Of a stretch of 64,000 bases of DNA, positions 1 through 12,670 are shown in pieces. The translations under genes and the position numbers were made by a program. The notes beneath the pieces are model-generated. The model was not told the DNA's origin and did no database searches. It saw only the letters and a list, made by a program, of their open reading frames with translations. The first letter of the stretch is position 1. Each line of letters begins with the position of its first letter. This stretch comes from Camelus ferus (taxonomy: Eukaryota), in NCBI RefSeq assembly GCF_009834535.1, contig NC_045697.1, positions 15,316,001 to 15,380,000 of the forward strand. The letters are read 5' to 3'.

Positions 1-1649
1 TCTCAACTGCCTAAATCCCAAAGCAGCCATATCCTCAAGAATTCTCACTGGAGGTTAAAGCTAAGCATGTGGATAGCTTCCTGACTCCTACTTTTCTGAT
101 CCTCATTCTAATGCTTGGTGACTCACTGGTTATACTTGCTGCCTTTCTCTTGAACCTACCACCTCCTCTCCACATGCCACACTGCTTTAATGCAGGTCTC
201 CCATTCCACACTGCTTGCCCTACTTTTCCAACCAGTTCCCTTGACTTCTGTGGACTTACCGCCACCACTTCCCTCTAAAAATATTATTATTGCTTAATAT
301 CCTTCAATAGCTCCCTACTGCCTGCAGATTTTAATTTAAACTCGCCAGACATAAATGCAATGATTTGAAACAACCTATCACCATCCACCCTTCCAACCTC
401 ACTTTTGGACACATCTTCCCATGTTGCCAATATTCATGTGTGGACCTTCTCACCGTTCCCTGGATGTAGTTTGAGTTCTGCACACAAATCTGAGCCTGGG
501 CACAGGCTGTTCTACCTACCTCGGCATCTCTTTCTCTCTCTTCCACTGGATAAACCTTAACACATTGCAGGGCTCTGTGAGATGCCATTTTCCTCAGCAA
601 AGTTCCTTAACTTCCCTTGGCAGGTAGTCCTTCCCACACCTTTGCTCCCACGGGACTTGGCACATGCCTCTATTTTAGCACTTAAGTCACACTAGTGTGA
701 GAGTTGCTTGTCCACATGTTCTCTCTCTCAATGTACAGCAGATAGAAGCTAGGTTGTGGGCAGCAGACTCATGAGACAAATATTTGAGAGCCTACTATTG
801 GCAGTCCCTGTTCAAGGTGCATGGGATATACAGTGAACAAAATAGCCAATCTCTATGCTCACGGAGTCTAAATTCCAGGGGATTAAATTGCACTCGGTAA
901 ATCTGAGGCATGATTTGAAGATCTTTGTTTAAATCATTAGCAAGGCCATCACGAAATCAGTGTTAACACAAAGTACTTCAGTGGCTTTGGCATGTCATCA
1001 TAGCTCACCCTCTCCAACTGAAACTCACCATTCGCTTCTTTGCGACCCCACAACACCAGGCACGCAAATGTACAACTACTATAGATCTTTAAAACTTAAG
1101 GCTCAACCTTTTTTTTTTTTGATGAAAGCTCTCCCTTCCCGTGAAGGCCTGTAGGAACCTTGCCACTGGAGAGTTCGCTATTACACATTGTAGTCGGGTA
1201 GACAGTGTTGACTCAGGTTCCCCACAAATTAGCAGGCATCAGACCCACACTGCATGGGTTCATGAAATAGAAATAACAACAGATGAATGCTCTGTGGTTG
1301 AGTCAGGAAATGCCCACATGTGAGTGCCTGTACGGTAAAAGCCTTTTTAAGTGTATTAGGCACTAGCTCATGTGTGTCTCATGTACCCTTTGGGTATCTG
1401 TAGACAGATAGACTGAGCCTTCTCTGGAATTGTGACAGCCATCATGCATGAAACAGTGGGAAATTCGGAATGCAGGAAGAGTATGCTGGAAACAAATCAG
1501 GACAAAGTGGAGTCTGAACAGTGCAGAAGATGTCTCAGTTGGGAGGGACGGGGACAGCTGCAAGCGGGCTGAAGCACTGAGGAAGGAGGAATAGTTAATA
1601 ACAGTGTTGCAAGGTAGCATTACCTCCCGAACACTTGATATTTGTAAAA

Positions 1650-2014
1650 GTGAACATAAAAATACGTGTGGAAGCTAACCATTGATAAAGTGGCACATTG
1701 CAGATGGTTCTTTGCCACACATTGCTTCGTTCCAGGCTGCAAAGTCTAGTACGTTAGACTTTTTTCTTTACACTAGTCAAGTATTAATAGAAATCCTTCA
1801 TTAGAGGTCACTGGGATGATACCTTTGGGTTTTGATATTAGTATTTTATCATGTTTATTACCTAAGAAAAGAAAGAAGTTAAGCTTTACCAATAGTGCAC
1901 ACACTTCTGTAAGTACATGTGTATAATTTACGATGAAATCTATAAAAGTCAAAGTACACGCTCAAAATATTTTTATAGTTGGGCGTACAAGATCAAAACA
2001 GTTTGGAGACTGCT
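1650..2014. mobile_element. hAT-Charlie-type DNA transposon remnant (MER20B-like)
   Basis: Right end GATCAAAACAGTTTGGAGACTGCTG resembles a Charlie-type terminal inverted repeat. Left boundary uncertain. Confidence 0.45.
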
Positions 2015-2269
2015 GACCTAAACAATAAATAGCTAGCAATGAGTTCTAAATCACAGACCAAAATCGGATGTCAGAGGTTAGTCAAGGCAGAAGACAAAAG
2101 GTACATGGAAAAACAAACAAAGGGAAAACAAGACAGGGAGAATGAGAAAATAATCTCAGATCACAGAAAGACATGATCAACAGTTTGCTGGGCACTGGGA
2201 TAACTACTTATGCTTTTTGCTGAGTGTATGGACCAAGGCCAGAAGATGTGGTTATTTGGCTATTTTGCT

Positions 2270-2720
2270 TCCCTACTTAAAATCTCTGATAACTTCTCAT
2301 TGCCCTTTGGATAAAGACCAAATCCTTAATAAAACTCAACCATCTGGCCCTATCTGCCTCTTCAGCATTTATCTTTAGTCCTTCTCTCTCTCTTTTTGGA
2401 CATTTTTAGTTCTTCAAGTATGTTCTCCATTCTTGTGTCTACCTCTAAGTGTCATTTAGGTGTCAACTTAATTTATACTTCCTTTAAAAGTTATTTTCTG
2501 ACCCCTAAAACATATTCAGTTTTTTCCCATATGTTCCTATAGCATCCTTTGCTCACTGTTCTGAAACTCTCAGCATGCTGCTAATGCATTGTTGAAGGTC
2601 TTTCTTCTTTGCCAGCCATCTGTGAAGATGGAGAAGGTATCTGTATCCCTCAAACCCGGTACAATGTTTGATTTATAATACACACTAAAGAAATGTGTTG
2701 ACTGAAGCGAAGTTGAGTGA
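2270..2720 (+). mobile_element. L2 LINE 3' fragment
   Basis: Pyrimidine-rich L2-like body ending in a degenerate tail (aagaaatgtgttgactgaa). Confidence 0.55.
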
Positions 2721-3699
2721 AATGTGTCCTGAGACCCGAGAAGAGAAGGGGAAGGAAAGAGAAAAAACAGAATTTCTTTCAACTCCCTCAGTGCTTGCTT
2801 ATTGCATTTCATGACAGCAGAATTATGAGGCTCACCTAACAGTTATAACAATATTTGACTGCTTTTCTATCAGTACACTTAAAGGCATTTCATTATCCAT
2901 TGGTCAACAAATATTTGAGTGCCCCTGTGTGTCCTGGAAGTGTGTACAGTCTCTTTACTCTGTGTTGGCAGATATCAAACAATTAATTAAAACTGTATTC
3001 ATTAAGGAACAGTATTAAAAGGATTCATGACTTACTCTGGCAGGATGGAAGATGGCTGGAGTTTACTGCTTGCAGTAAGGTTATTTATTCTCAGTTGGAC
3101 AGTCCTAGCAAGACTGCCTGTGTCCACAGGGTGGGTGGGAGATGCGGCTGCAGGATCAAGCAGTCCAGGGAGGGGAGGAGGGGAGGGAGGGCAGCTGTGC
3201 AAGTAGAATGCTCTCTGAATCAAAATCATATCTTTGCATGGGATAATAAACATCCTTCAAGAGCTTCCCTGTTTATGGCACTTCCAATGGCCAGTCTGCC
3301 CCAGACCCTTACCTGGCACTAGCTTGTCCACACCAGTCACTTCCACCAGCCCTTTAACTCAGGCTCAGGGAGGCCCTGCGGGTTACTTTCATCCAAACCC
3401 TCCAAGCATGAATGGTTCTTTTTCCCAAACCACAAGGCTGGGTATCAAGGCTCTTCCCATGCAGCATCATTTGAACTGGGTACCGGCTTTGGACCTTTAC
3501 CTTGGGTGTGATCTAGAAACCCACAGGGAACTCTGTCAGGTCATTTGCCTTTGAACTCCCTTTAACACCGAACTGGACAATAAGCACTGTATCTGCTGAG
3601 CTGAGCCCAGCCCTCCCAGCACAATATCAGGCCAGGCCAGAGTCCCCCTCCTCCCTCCTCCCCAGCCCTGCCCTGTGCAGGCAGGAGAGTGGAGAAACA

Positions 3700-3845
3700 A
3701 GAGTACATAGTCTGTGGATCCAGAATGCCTTGATTAGCATTGCCTTGGTTTACATCCCTGTTCTCCCAAGCACTAGCTGTGGACTGTGGGCGAGCTGCTT
3801 AACCCTCTTGAGCCACAGGTTACTTACCAGTGAAAAGGATATTCC
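3700..3845 (+). mobile_element. MIR SINE
   Basis: Core-like cactagctgtggactgtgggcgagctgcttaaccctcttgagccacag. Confidence 0.6.
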
Positions 3846-3923
3846 AGACTACCCAGGGTCCCTCTTAGCAGGGTAGACCTCTAGTGCCCTAGATACAATG
3901 TTGCACTCAGTGCTATTGACTGT

Positions 3924-3949
3924 ACACACACACACACACACACACACAC
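3924..3949. repeat. (AC)13 microsatellite
   Basis: Read directly from the sequence. Confidence 0.95.
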
Positions 3950-4719
3950 TTTCCTTCTTCTGTCTCCTGGATAATAGCTTCCCTTCACCATAAGCAAAGG
4001 CCTTTACTAAGTTGAGCACGGAACTTGCTAATGTGCCCATCTTGACCCCACTGCTCTTTGATCTCCCACCTAACTCCACGCCCACATTCAGTCAGTTACA
4101 AAGACCACTCATAACACCATAAGAATCTGCCAGATTCATTTTCTCCCCCAGTGACACCCCTCGAGAACTGGCCAATCCTTCCTACAGTCTGGACCACTGC
4201 AACATCTTCTCAACTGCCCTTTCTCCCTGCACCCTCCCCCTCCTTTCATCTTCCCTTTTCAGCAGCATGAGACATCTTCCTAAGGCATTGTTTTTATTAT
4301 ACCATCATCTTTCTCAGAAATCTTGACTTCTTGCCCACTGGATAAAATCCACAGTTCTGAGTCTCTCCCCAGTCTCACTTCTCAGCCTCAACACTTCTCA
4401 GACCATTCTCTACTCTGGTCGAACTGCTGTCCCTGCAAAGTCCTTCATGCCACCCACAAAATGCTTCCTCGAAACCTCTCTAAACCATCTGGCCATTCAA
4501 AGCACAGCTCCCAGGCAGCTCCTCCCCAGGGTCCCCTCAGCAGATCACCCCAGGAGAGCCTTCTCTTCCCTTCCATGTCCCAGGGCAGATTTACCCCTTC
4601 CAGAGGGCCAGTGCTACTTCCTCACACACCAGCCCCTGCCTAACCGCCCCCACGCTCCCTACCTCCCCACTCTCCTGACAGCCCAGACTCAGGATGAAAG
4701 GGCTTTTCCTCAAGCCAAA

Positions 4720-5280
4720 ATAATTATAAAAATGACCACCACTCACACTTATCAGTTTCCAACTATTTGTCAGCCACTGCCCTGAGCACTGGACATACAT
4801 TACTTCAGTTAATCCTCAGTGCAACCTGTCAAAATGGGCTCTCTTCATTGATTTTCCACTCAACATACATTGGAATGAATTTTAATAGGAAGATAGTAAA
4901 AAATAAACAAACATAAATATACATATATAATACATACATAAATATTATTATAATGTATATACATAACATTATAGAAGTACATGTATTTTTTTTCTTTGAA
5001 AGATAAAATATAAAATCTATGAAGGAAAGGAAAGCAGGATAAAGGAAGAGGGAGACGTATGTGAATTGCTGTATTAGATGAAGTCATCAGAGAAGTAATA
5101 TTTTAATGGGAAACTGAAAAAGTGAGAGAGCAAGCCAATGGAGTATATGGGGCAAGAAGGTCCCAGGCACCCATAAAGAAACTAAGCTACGACAGGCCAT
5201 GTGTCTTCCTTAGGTCACACAGTAGCAGACCCAGTATCCAAACTCTAGCTCTGACCTGGAGTCTTAGACCTCATTCTTCA
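4720..5280 (-). mobile_element. MIR split by an L2 fragment (~4860-5172) that carries an AT-rich expansion
   Basis: MIR-like sequence stops near ttttccact (4860) and resumes at aagaaactaagc (~5176). The intervening purine-rich segment resembles minus-strand L2. Confidence 0.5.
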
Positions 5281-5349
5281 TCCACCATTAATGTTCTGCA
5301 GTGGTTAGCTCCGTTAACTAGCTCTAAGTAAGGGCCACCTGTGTGCCAG

Positions 5350-6940
5350 GCACTGACCTCCATAACCTTCTCCTCTCCAATGTCCTCTCCCCTACAACCT
5401 GTTGCCCTGATTTTATATCCATCTTCCACTCTTATTCTTCATAGTTTGAATCCTAGACTTTGTCCCCTATTCAGTCTCATGTCTTCAATTACCTTTATCT
5501 CTTGGCAGTTGACTCCCAAATTTGAGTCCCCAGCTTGGTCTGATGGCCAGCTTCTTCAGAGTAAATCCATACCTCATTCATCTCTCTGCCCTTAATACCC
5601 ACCCCAATACTGACTGCTTAATAATTTATGCCCCTCTGAAATCACTTAAACTTGAACTATACATTTCCCGTTTGGGACAGATTGACCTGGATGCTTCCCT
5701 AGCCCATCAAAGTCAGTATTTCTAAAAGTGAACATGTTATCTTCCCTCCAAAACCTGTTGTCTGCCTGTGTTCTCTGCTTCTCCATCATGGCACCACGAG
5801 ACACCCATCACCAATCTCCCCATCCTTCTCCTTCCCAGTCATCCCACCCTTCCATCCCCACTGCCTCGACCACTGTTCAAACGTTTGTTTTCTCTCGCTT
5901 AGACTAATGCAACAGCCTCCTAATGACATCCTTGTCAATGATGCAGCCTACACAGCTATGCAAAATTTATGTTCCTCATTCTGTCACTCTTCCTAAATTC
6001 AACTGGCTCCTCACTGTCTACAGAATCAGACCTCAATTTCATGTACCAAATTCATATAGCCCAGTAACTACTGGACAACTCCATTTTGATATCCCTAAAG
6101 ACCTTAAATGTTATAGTCCCAAAATTGATCTCATTTTCTTTCAACTAAGCCTCCTTCTTTATTTCCCATCTTGGTAAATAGATGGCACCCACCAGTTACC
6201 TAAACCAGAAATCCAGAAGACAATCCAGGCTCCTCCTTCTCCTCCAACCCCAATTACAACCTGTCATCAGCTCCTGTTGGTCTTGTCCTCTATTTATCTC
6301 ACGTATACCCTTTACTCTCCATCACTCACCAGTGCTTCACTACGATCCTCAATATGTCTCACCTGCAATCCCACCTCAGCAGTTCCCCTTGCCCACTCTT
6401 TCATTCCCTTGTGGTCTGTCCACCACATCACTGCAGATATCTGCCCAACATGCAGAAGTGATCATGCTCTGCTCTTGATTGAAATTTGTCAGTAGCTCCC
6501 CACTGCCTTCACATCCTGACCCCAACTACTTCTCCGGCTTCCCATGTCCCTGTTCCCTTCTACCCTCCCCCACTTCAACTGCACACAAGATTTCTCACTG
6601 TCCCTGGTGACACCACCACATTCTCTTACAGCCACAGCTCTCTCCCTGTCCACCTGCTGTCTTTACCTGGAAAACTCATTCTCATCCTCCAGTCCCATCC
6701 AGTCTAGGGAGCTCTCTTTCCCCCTATCCAGCCTGTATGAGGTGACTCACACCTGTCTTCCCGAAGCCCTCTGTGCTTGGTGCTATCACAGGACTTTCCA
6801 CATTCCAGTTACCATCTCACATGTCTGCCTCTTTAACTAGATTCAGGGTTTCCCAAAGGTTATTTTTCATCTCTGTATTCTAGTACTTAGAACAATAGTT
6901 GGCAAATAATAGATATGTACTATGTTTTACAAAAGAATAA
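5350..6940 (+). mobile_element. Cluster of degenerate L2 fragments
   Basis: Repeated L2-like motifs (cctaaaccagaaatcc, cagcctcctaatg, tagtacttagaacaatagttggc) and a C/T-rich strand bias. Confidence 0.6.
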
Positions 6941-7577
6941 ATTGGCTCCCGTTTGACTGATATGAGAGTAGCAATATTATCAAGCCTACACTTAATGCTG
7001 TTTTTTCCCACATAGGGTTTGTTTTGTATTTTATGTGACTCTGTGAAACCAGTATCACTTAGTAACAAACACTGTGACTATGGAAGGTCTACTCTGTGCT
7101 GTCAGCTTATTATTTCACAGGAGACAAGGGCTGCAGCTTCTGATCTCCTCCATGAGGACATATCCCAGGGTCCCATGAAAGTATTTAGCACATGCCTTTG
7201 AAAATGAGCTAAGCCAACATGCTCTACTCATCAATACACAATTCAGATCAAGTCGAATTCTGGGGTGGAGAAGAAAGGTATGATTTAAAAGCTTAATTCC
7301 TAAACAACTAACATGCCTGTTTATACTCTGAAATACTGACTAGCAGTTTCTCTCCTATAGTAGGTAACTGATCAATGTGTTTTAAATAGATGACTATTGA
7401 ATAACACCTTCAAAACTATTTTGAAAACTATCAGAACACAGATTGCATTAAAACTGAAGTTATAACTGTCACTGATTAAAATCTGAAATTCTATTCTGAG
7501 GAGAGTTATGAAAAGTCACAATCTCAAGATCAGGGATCCAAGATAAATAAAAGTGTGCTTTAAATTGCACTCTTTCT

Positions 7578-7585
7578 AAAAAAAA

Positions 7586-7652
<67 letters not shown>
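7578..7652. repeat. Poly(A) run followed by a (TA)31 microsatellite
   Basis: A-run at 7578-7589; perfect TA repeat at 7591-7652. Confidence 0.95.
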
Positions 7653-7655
<3 letters not shown>

Positions 7656-10600
7656 TTCAATCCTCCTTGTAGATTTTGCATTGTCAGTATTTATCCTGAG
7701 AAATGAACAACAGTTTTGAAAGTATTAGTCTTCTAAATGATTAATTTTCATTCAGAATCTCCAGCTACAACCTTACTCGGATGGTGTATATGGTTTAACT
7801 GCAAATCTGGCACTTAAGTCACATCAGAAGTGCTAGTATTTATTACCTTTGAGCCTTGCAGTTTAAGATGTGTTGCCTTTTTAAAAACTGTCTTACAATG
7901 TTCCCATCAAAAATGGAGTTTATTCTCTAAATCCCTGGCAGGAGAATTCCCTCCCTCTATGGCCCTGGATATTGCTATACTTTGCAGCTTCCACTTTCCC
8001 TTTTCTGTGTTTTCCGATGTCTGGTTCTGAACTCTCATCGTTTTATACTTGTCTTCCAAGATTTCCCTCCCACAACCTTCCAATTAATGTAGTGCACCTG
8101 TGTTTCAGAGCCTGCACCAGCTCTCTCAGAGATCACAACTTCAGCAGGAAACTGTGATGAAACTGGACCATGAAAGGAAAGGGAATGGAGATCAGATTGC
8201 AGTAATACCGTGCATCTCAGTAGGAAGAGACTCGGCCTCAAATTAAACAGAGTTTGGGGAAACGGATGATATGGCAAGATTGTCTGAAGAATTCTTGGAA
8301 AAAAATGTGAGAAAGGATTAGCAGAATCCGGTGTTCACAAGTGCTCATAATATTAGATCAGGTCTAATAATATCCTTATGATAAATGATTGATTCTACAA
8401 AACGAAATTTAAAAATTAGACCTATATTCTACTTAATTTTTAAAAAATCCTACACTGATTTGAAATGCCTCTGCCTTTACCAGAATATTATTTAAACTGG
8501 CAAAGAGAGAGCTAGGCATTTCAATTCCTTTATGACTACCTTTAAACAGAAGTTACTATTCATCTTGTATTCTCCAAGCTTCAAAATCAAGTTTGCTTTA
8601 GAAAAAAAAGTACACTTCTTTACAGACTCCTAGCATCATAGGTTTTAAAAATCTTTAAAATGGCTTCGATAACATCACAATATACTTAAGTAATGGACAC
8701 ATAAACCCATATTATAGGTGGAAAACAGAAGACAGGAAGAAATTGGATGACAGAATATAGACTCTTAAGCTCAGCTCTTGGGATAGCTTTATTCTGCAAG
8801 ATCCCAAAGAGAGAAAGATCAAGTTCACTATCACTGTTCGCTTTCACTGCGTCCACTTGGAAAGGATGGCACGAATATCAACTTGAAGTAATCTTGCTTT
8901 TCAGCGTCCATCCCACTTCATTTTACTTCTGTTATGGTAATGAATATTTTAAAATATACATGTTTAGTTATTTATTTTCTCTCCTACTTGCATACTCAGT
9001 AAGTATCTCTTGAATAAACAATAAGGTCTCTGAGGGCAGACTCTACATCTCCCCCATCCCAGCACCAACTAGCTCTCTGTAAATGCGTATTTGCTGATTA
9101 ATCTTGTTTCATCATTACAAAATCCACCCCTGTAACCTACAAGTGGACATGACTACCACCATCTTATATATGAAGAAGGAGGAACAGCAGTACTATACTC
9201 ACTGGCTATTCTATATGTTCTCACTTTTCCAAAGTAAATAAAATTTCTCCAAAGTAGACTTCCCACCAAATTAAGCACGTTCTCAGGACTAGATTTGACA
9301 GGGTTATCTTTGAAATGTCTGTTTGTGATTTCTAGATTATGGTTTGGGGTTTTCCACAGATTCCCTGCAGACACCGGAAGACGACCTGCAGATCCATTTC
9401 CACGGCGATGGAATGGATCGGAGCATGAGAGGGTACCTCCATCTTTAGGGTATAACCCCAGCATCAGATACTTTTAGTCACTCAACACATCTCTGGAGCA
9501 CTTACCACATACGAAACATGGATAAAAGGTACGGGCTAGACCATTTTTATACGTAGTTTCTCATGCTATTCTAATGAAAATTCAATTAAAGTGCAAAAAG
9601 TCACAACCCAAAATAAAGCCCCTGACATAATATCCATTCTGAGATGTAGAGCAGTTTAACAGTCACATGTGCCATTGCCACCAAATTTTATTATGAAGCT
9701 CGTGAAGACTTTTGGAAGTCATGTCTCCCCTGGTTTAAAAAATAATATTTGGGGACATCCTTGGGGGCACCTTAGAATCTGAACACAAAGTACAGATACT
9801 ATTGTAGCAAAGACACGAGAAAAAGAGAGAAACAGAGAAAGCATGCATAGCTGTTAAACTGCAGTAGCTACTCTACCAGTCAAATCTGATTTTGATTCCT
9901 AGTTGGGCGGCAGATGTCATTTCTTAAATCAACTGCTTCACTCAAAAGATCCTTCCACTGTTAAGAAGTGTTGACATCTGGAGATGAAGTCTATTTCTCC
10001 TCTAAAACCTTTTTAAAGTAAAGGCCTACAAAAAAAAAAAAAAAAAAAAAAGGCCAGGTCTAATTCCCTAGAGACTTTTTTATTCACTATTCATGAGCAG
10101 ATGCTGCCTGAATACCTGGGCGGACACTTCCCTAACTAAACCAATGCAAATTTCAGGTAACCAAAAAGGTATGCACTGTTGTTGTAAAATTGGTTAACTA
10201 CTTGTTTTACCTAAACAACTGAGATGGAACATGCAGGAGAGAGAAGTTTCTAAAAGGTCAATAATACATCCAAGGAGTATTTAAACTGACAACCTATTTC
10301 CAATGGGAGAGCCATTCAAACACACTGGCTGTGTTCATCGGGAAAGAAAAATCAGCCCTTAACATGGGCATGAAGGCCAGGTGCTCAATATGGCAAATTC
10401 TGTATTTGTATCTATGTTCAAATTACTCCTTAGGTTGTCAGAGTGTAGGGAGGACTCTGATGTTTAAACACTGAGACTCTCCTTTTTCAGACTTTCTCAT
10501 GCTACGTGCATATGGGTCCATCTGAGAGCCACCCATAGCGGAGAGACTGGGCAAGATGGGAGACAGCTGCAGTGGTAAGAGGAAAAAAGCTGAACCTCAC

Positions 10601-10806
10601 CTCATCTCAGCCCTGCCCTGGATTCCACCCCTCTTCTAGTTTCCTCCCAACACAGCCTGAATCTGCAAAGTTTGATATGAGAGAAAAGGCATCTAAGGAA
10701 ATGGATGTGTGTACACTGAATGATGTCTCGGCTGTTTGTTTAGTTTTTCCATTCCTCTTCACAGCCGTGGTTAGAATGAAAGGATTTATCACCTGATGAG
10801 GGTACT

Positions 10807-10857
10807 GATGATGATGATGATGATGATAATGATGATGATGACGACGACGACGACGAC
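10807..10857. repeat. Compound trinucleotide repeat (GAT)7 AAT (GAT)3 (GAC)6
   Basis: Read directly from the sequence. Confidence 0.95.
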
Positions 10858-11409
10858 AGGCGACAGACATGGTGGTGCAGCCACTGAGGCTCTGGACTGG
10901 GAAATGCTAGGAAGAGACATTCTATGTAACACAAACTCAGACTAGTATCAACCGTCAAAGTCATGATTCAGAGGGAGTACTTAGCTCATTTTTCCACTCT
11001 TTTTCTGGGAATGGAACCAGGAGAGGTGACAGTCACTCACTGGGGGCCACCTGAACTACCGAGCCTGGAGGTGACAGGTCTGGAAGGTATTAAGTATGAG
11101 GCAGTCGTAGGAACAGTATCCAAAGACGACACTGACTATGGCTCTGGAGTCACAGAACACACCGGTTGCTCATTAAGCCCTTTTTCAGAACTGATGTAAA
11201 CTCTCATAGCCATGCATTATAGATGCAGGAACATGCACAGCTCAGAGGAGGACTATCTTGGTGTCATATTGCTATACTTATAGACCTGGTCCAGTAAATG
11301 GAAAGGACAGATCCAAAAAAAGAATGCCGCTTCCAGTAGATGGCTTTACAAGCAATCAAACGTGGATCGTAATTATGGGTCTTTGGTGGGTCTACCACTG
11401 GGCAATGTG

Positions 11410-12670
11410 GTTTATTTAAATCCAATAACTATGTTTTTAAGCATCTACTATTTTGTGAAGCATTGTGCGAGTCACTAGCAGGGGTACAAAAATTAGTAAC
11501 TCACGTATGGTACTCACCATCAAGGAGTTACAATTTAAAACTGCAAACAAAACAAATATTCATAGTTTATTGTGCCTTGTTATTCAGACATAAGTCAAAA
11601 TAAAAGGAAAATGACCAATGAAAATTCAAAGCACAATTCTCTGGGGAGGAGGCAGGGAGGAATCACTAAGGCTGCATGAAGAAAGATACTGTATTTGAGA
11701 TGAATCTTGAAGGATACTGTTCAGTGCTGAATGCTCAACAATGCTGAGTGGGTAACACTGGGGCAGGAAGTTCATTCTAAGCAGCAGGTACAATATGAGA
11801 TATGTTTGGGGACTAGGGAACAGTCCAGTTTAGCAGGTCAAAGTGTAGAAGAGTCCTGGGAGACAATATTGAAAGATTTTGCACAGGAGAATGACCTGAC
11901 TCAAATCAGGTGTTAGTAAATTCATTTGGTTGTGAGTAGGGAGTGGCACTTAATGTAAATCGAAGACAACCATGATGGCCTGGAAAATAAGAATATAACC
12001 TTGAGTGATACAGTGGGAACTGGAGGAGCTAAACATAAAAGCTAGAAGAAAAGCAATAAAGCTTGGTGTCTGATTCCACGTGGAAGGGGAGGAACTAAGC
12101 AAGGTGAGAAGTACCATAGAGAAGGAAACACTTTTGCTTTATTATTTAACTGCATGCATCAAAAAATGATGTCACCATTATCAAAATTTGGACAGTAAAT
12201 TGTTCTTAGCAAGGAGGACATGTCTTTTCTGACACACTGACTTAGAGGTGCTGGTAAAACTTACTGATGAGTCTGACCAAGAGGACATGGAAATGTCCAT
12301 CTGGTATTCTGGAAAGGGACTGGGCCAGAGCTGTAGACTAAGGAGACCTCCACATCCAGGTAAGATGCATCAAAACCACAGTTAGATTAAGGAGAGAGTA
12401 GACAGAGAGAAGAGAAGGAAGACAGAACTTTGTGCAAAGTTGCACAAAATGGGCAAAGGGAGAAATAAAGGTCAGAAAATGAGACTTGAGAGGAGGAGGA
12501 AACAGAATAATGCAGTGTCACAAAATGCAAGGAAGGAGATTTCATTCAATAAATATCTATCATTGAGCAAATATTACATGTCAGGCTTCATGCCAGATGC
12601 TGGGGACACAGCGGTGAGCTCTGCTCTCAGGGTTCCTAGTCTTCTAAGGGGTGTTGATAAACAGCATGAA
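11410..12670 (-). mobile_element. L2 fragments
   Basis: L2 3'-end motifs (aagcatctactattttgtgaagcattgtg; cattcaataaatatctatcattgagc...ccagatgctggggacacagc) and a purine-rich body. Confidence 0.55.

Noticed and set aside
8110..9477. Plus-strand acceptor-like sites (tgtttcag at ~8109, ttttccacag at ~9359) suggesting an antisense gene
   Set aside because: All three frames of the first candidate contain stops, the donors are weak, and there is no supporting promoter or exon chain.
10607..10964. ORFs with poly-His, poly-Arg or poly-Ser runs (also IYIYIY at ~7600 and IFIFIF at ~50720)
   Set aside because: These are translations of microsatellites.
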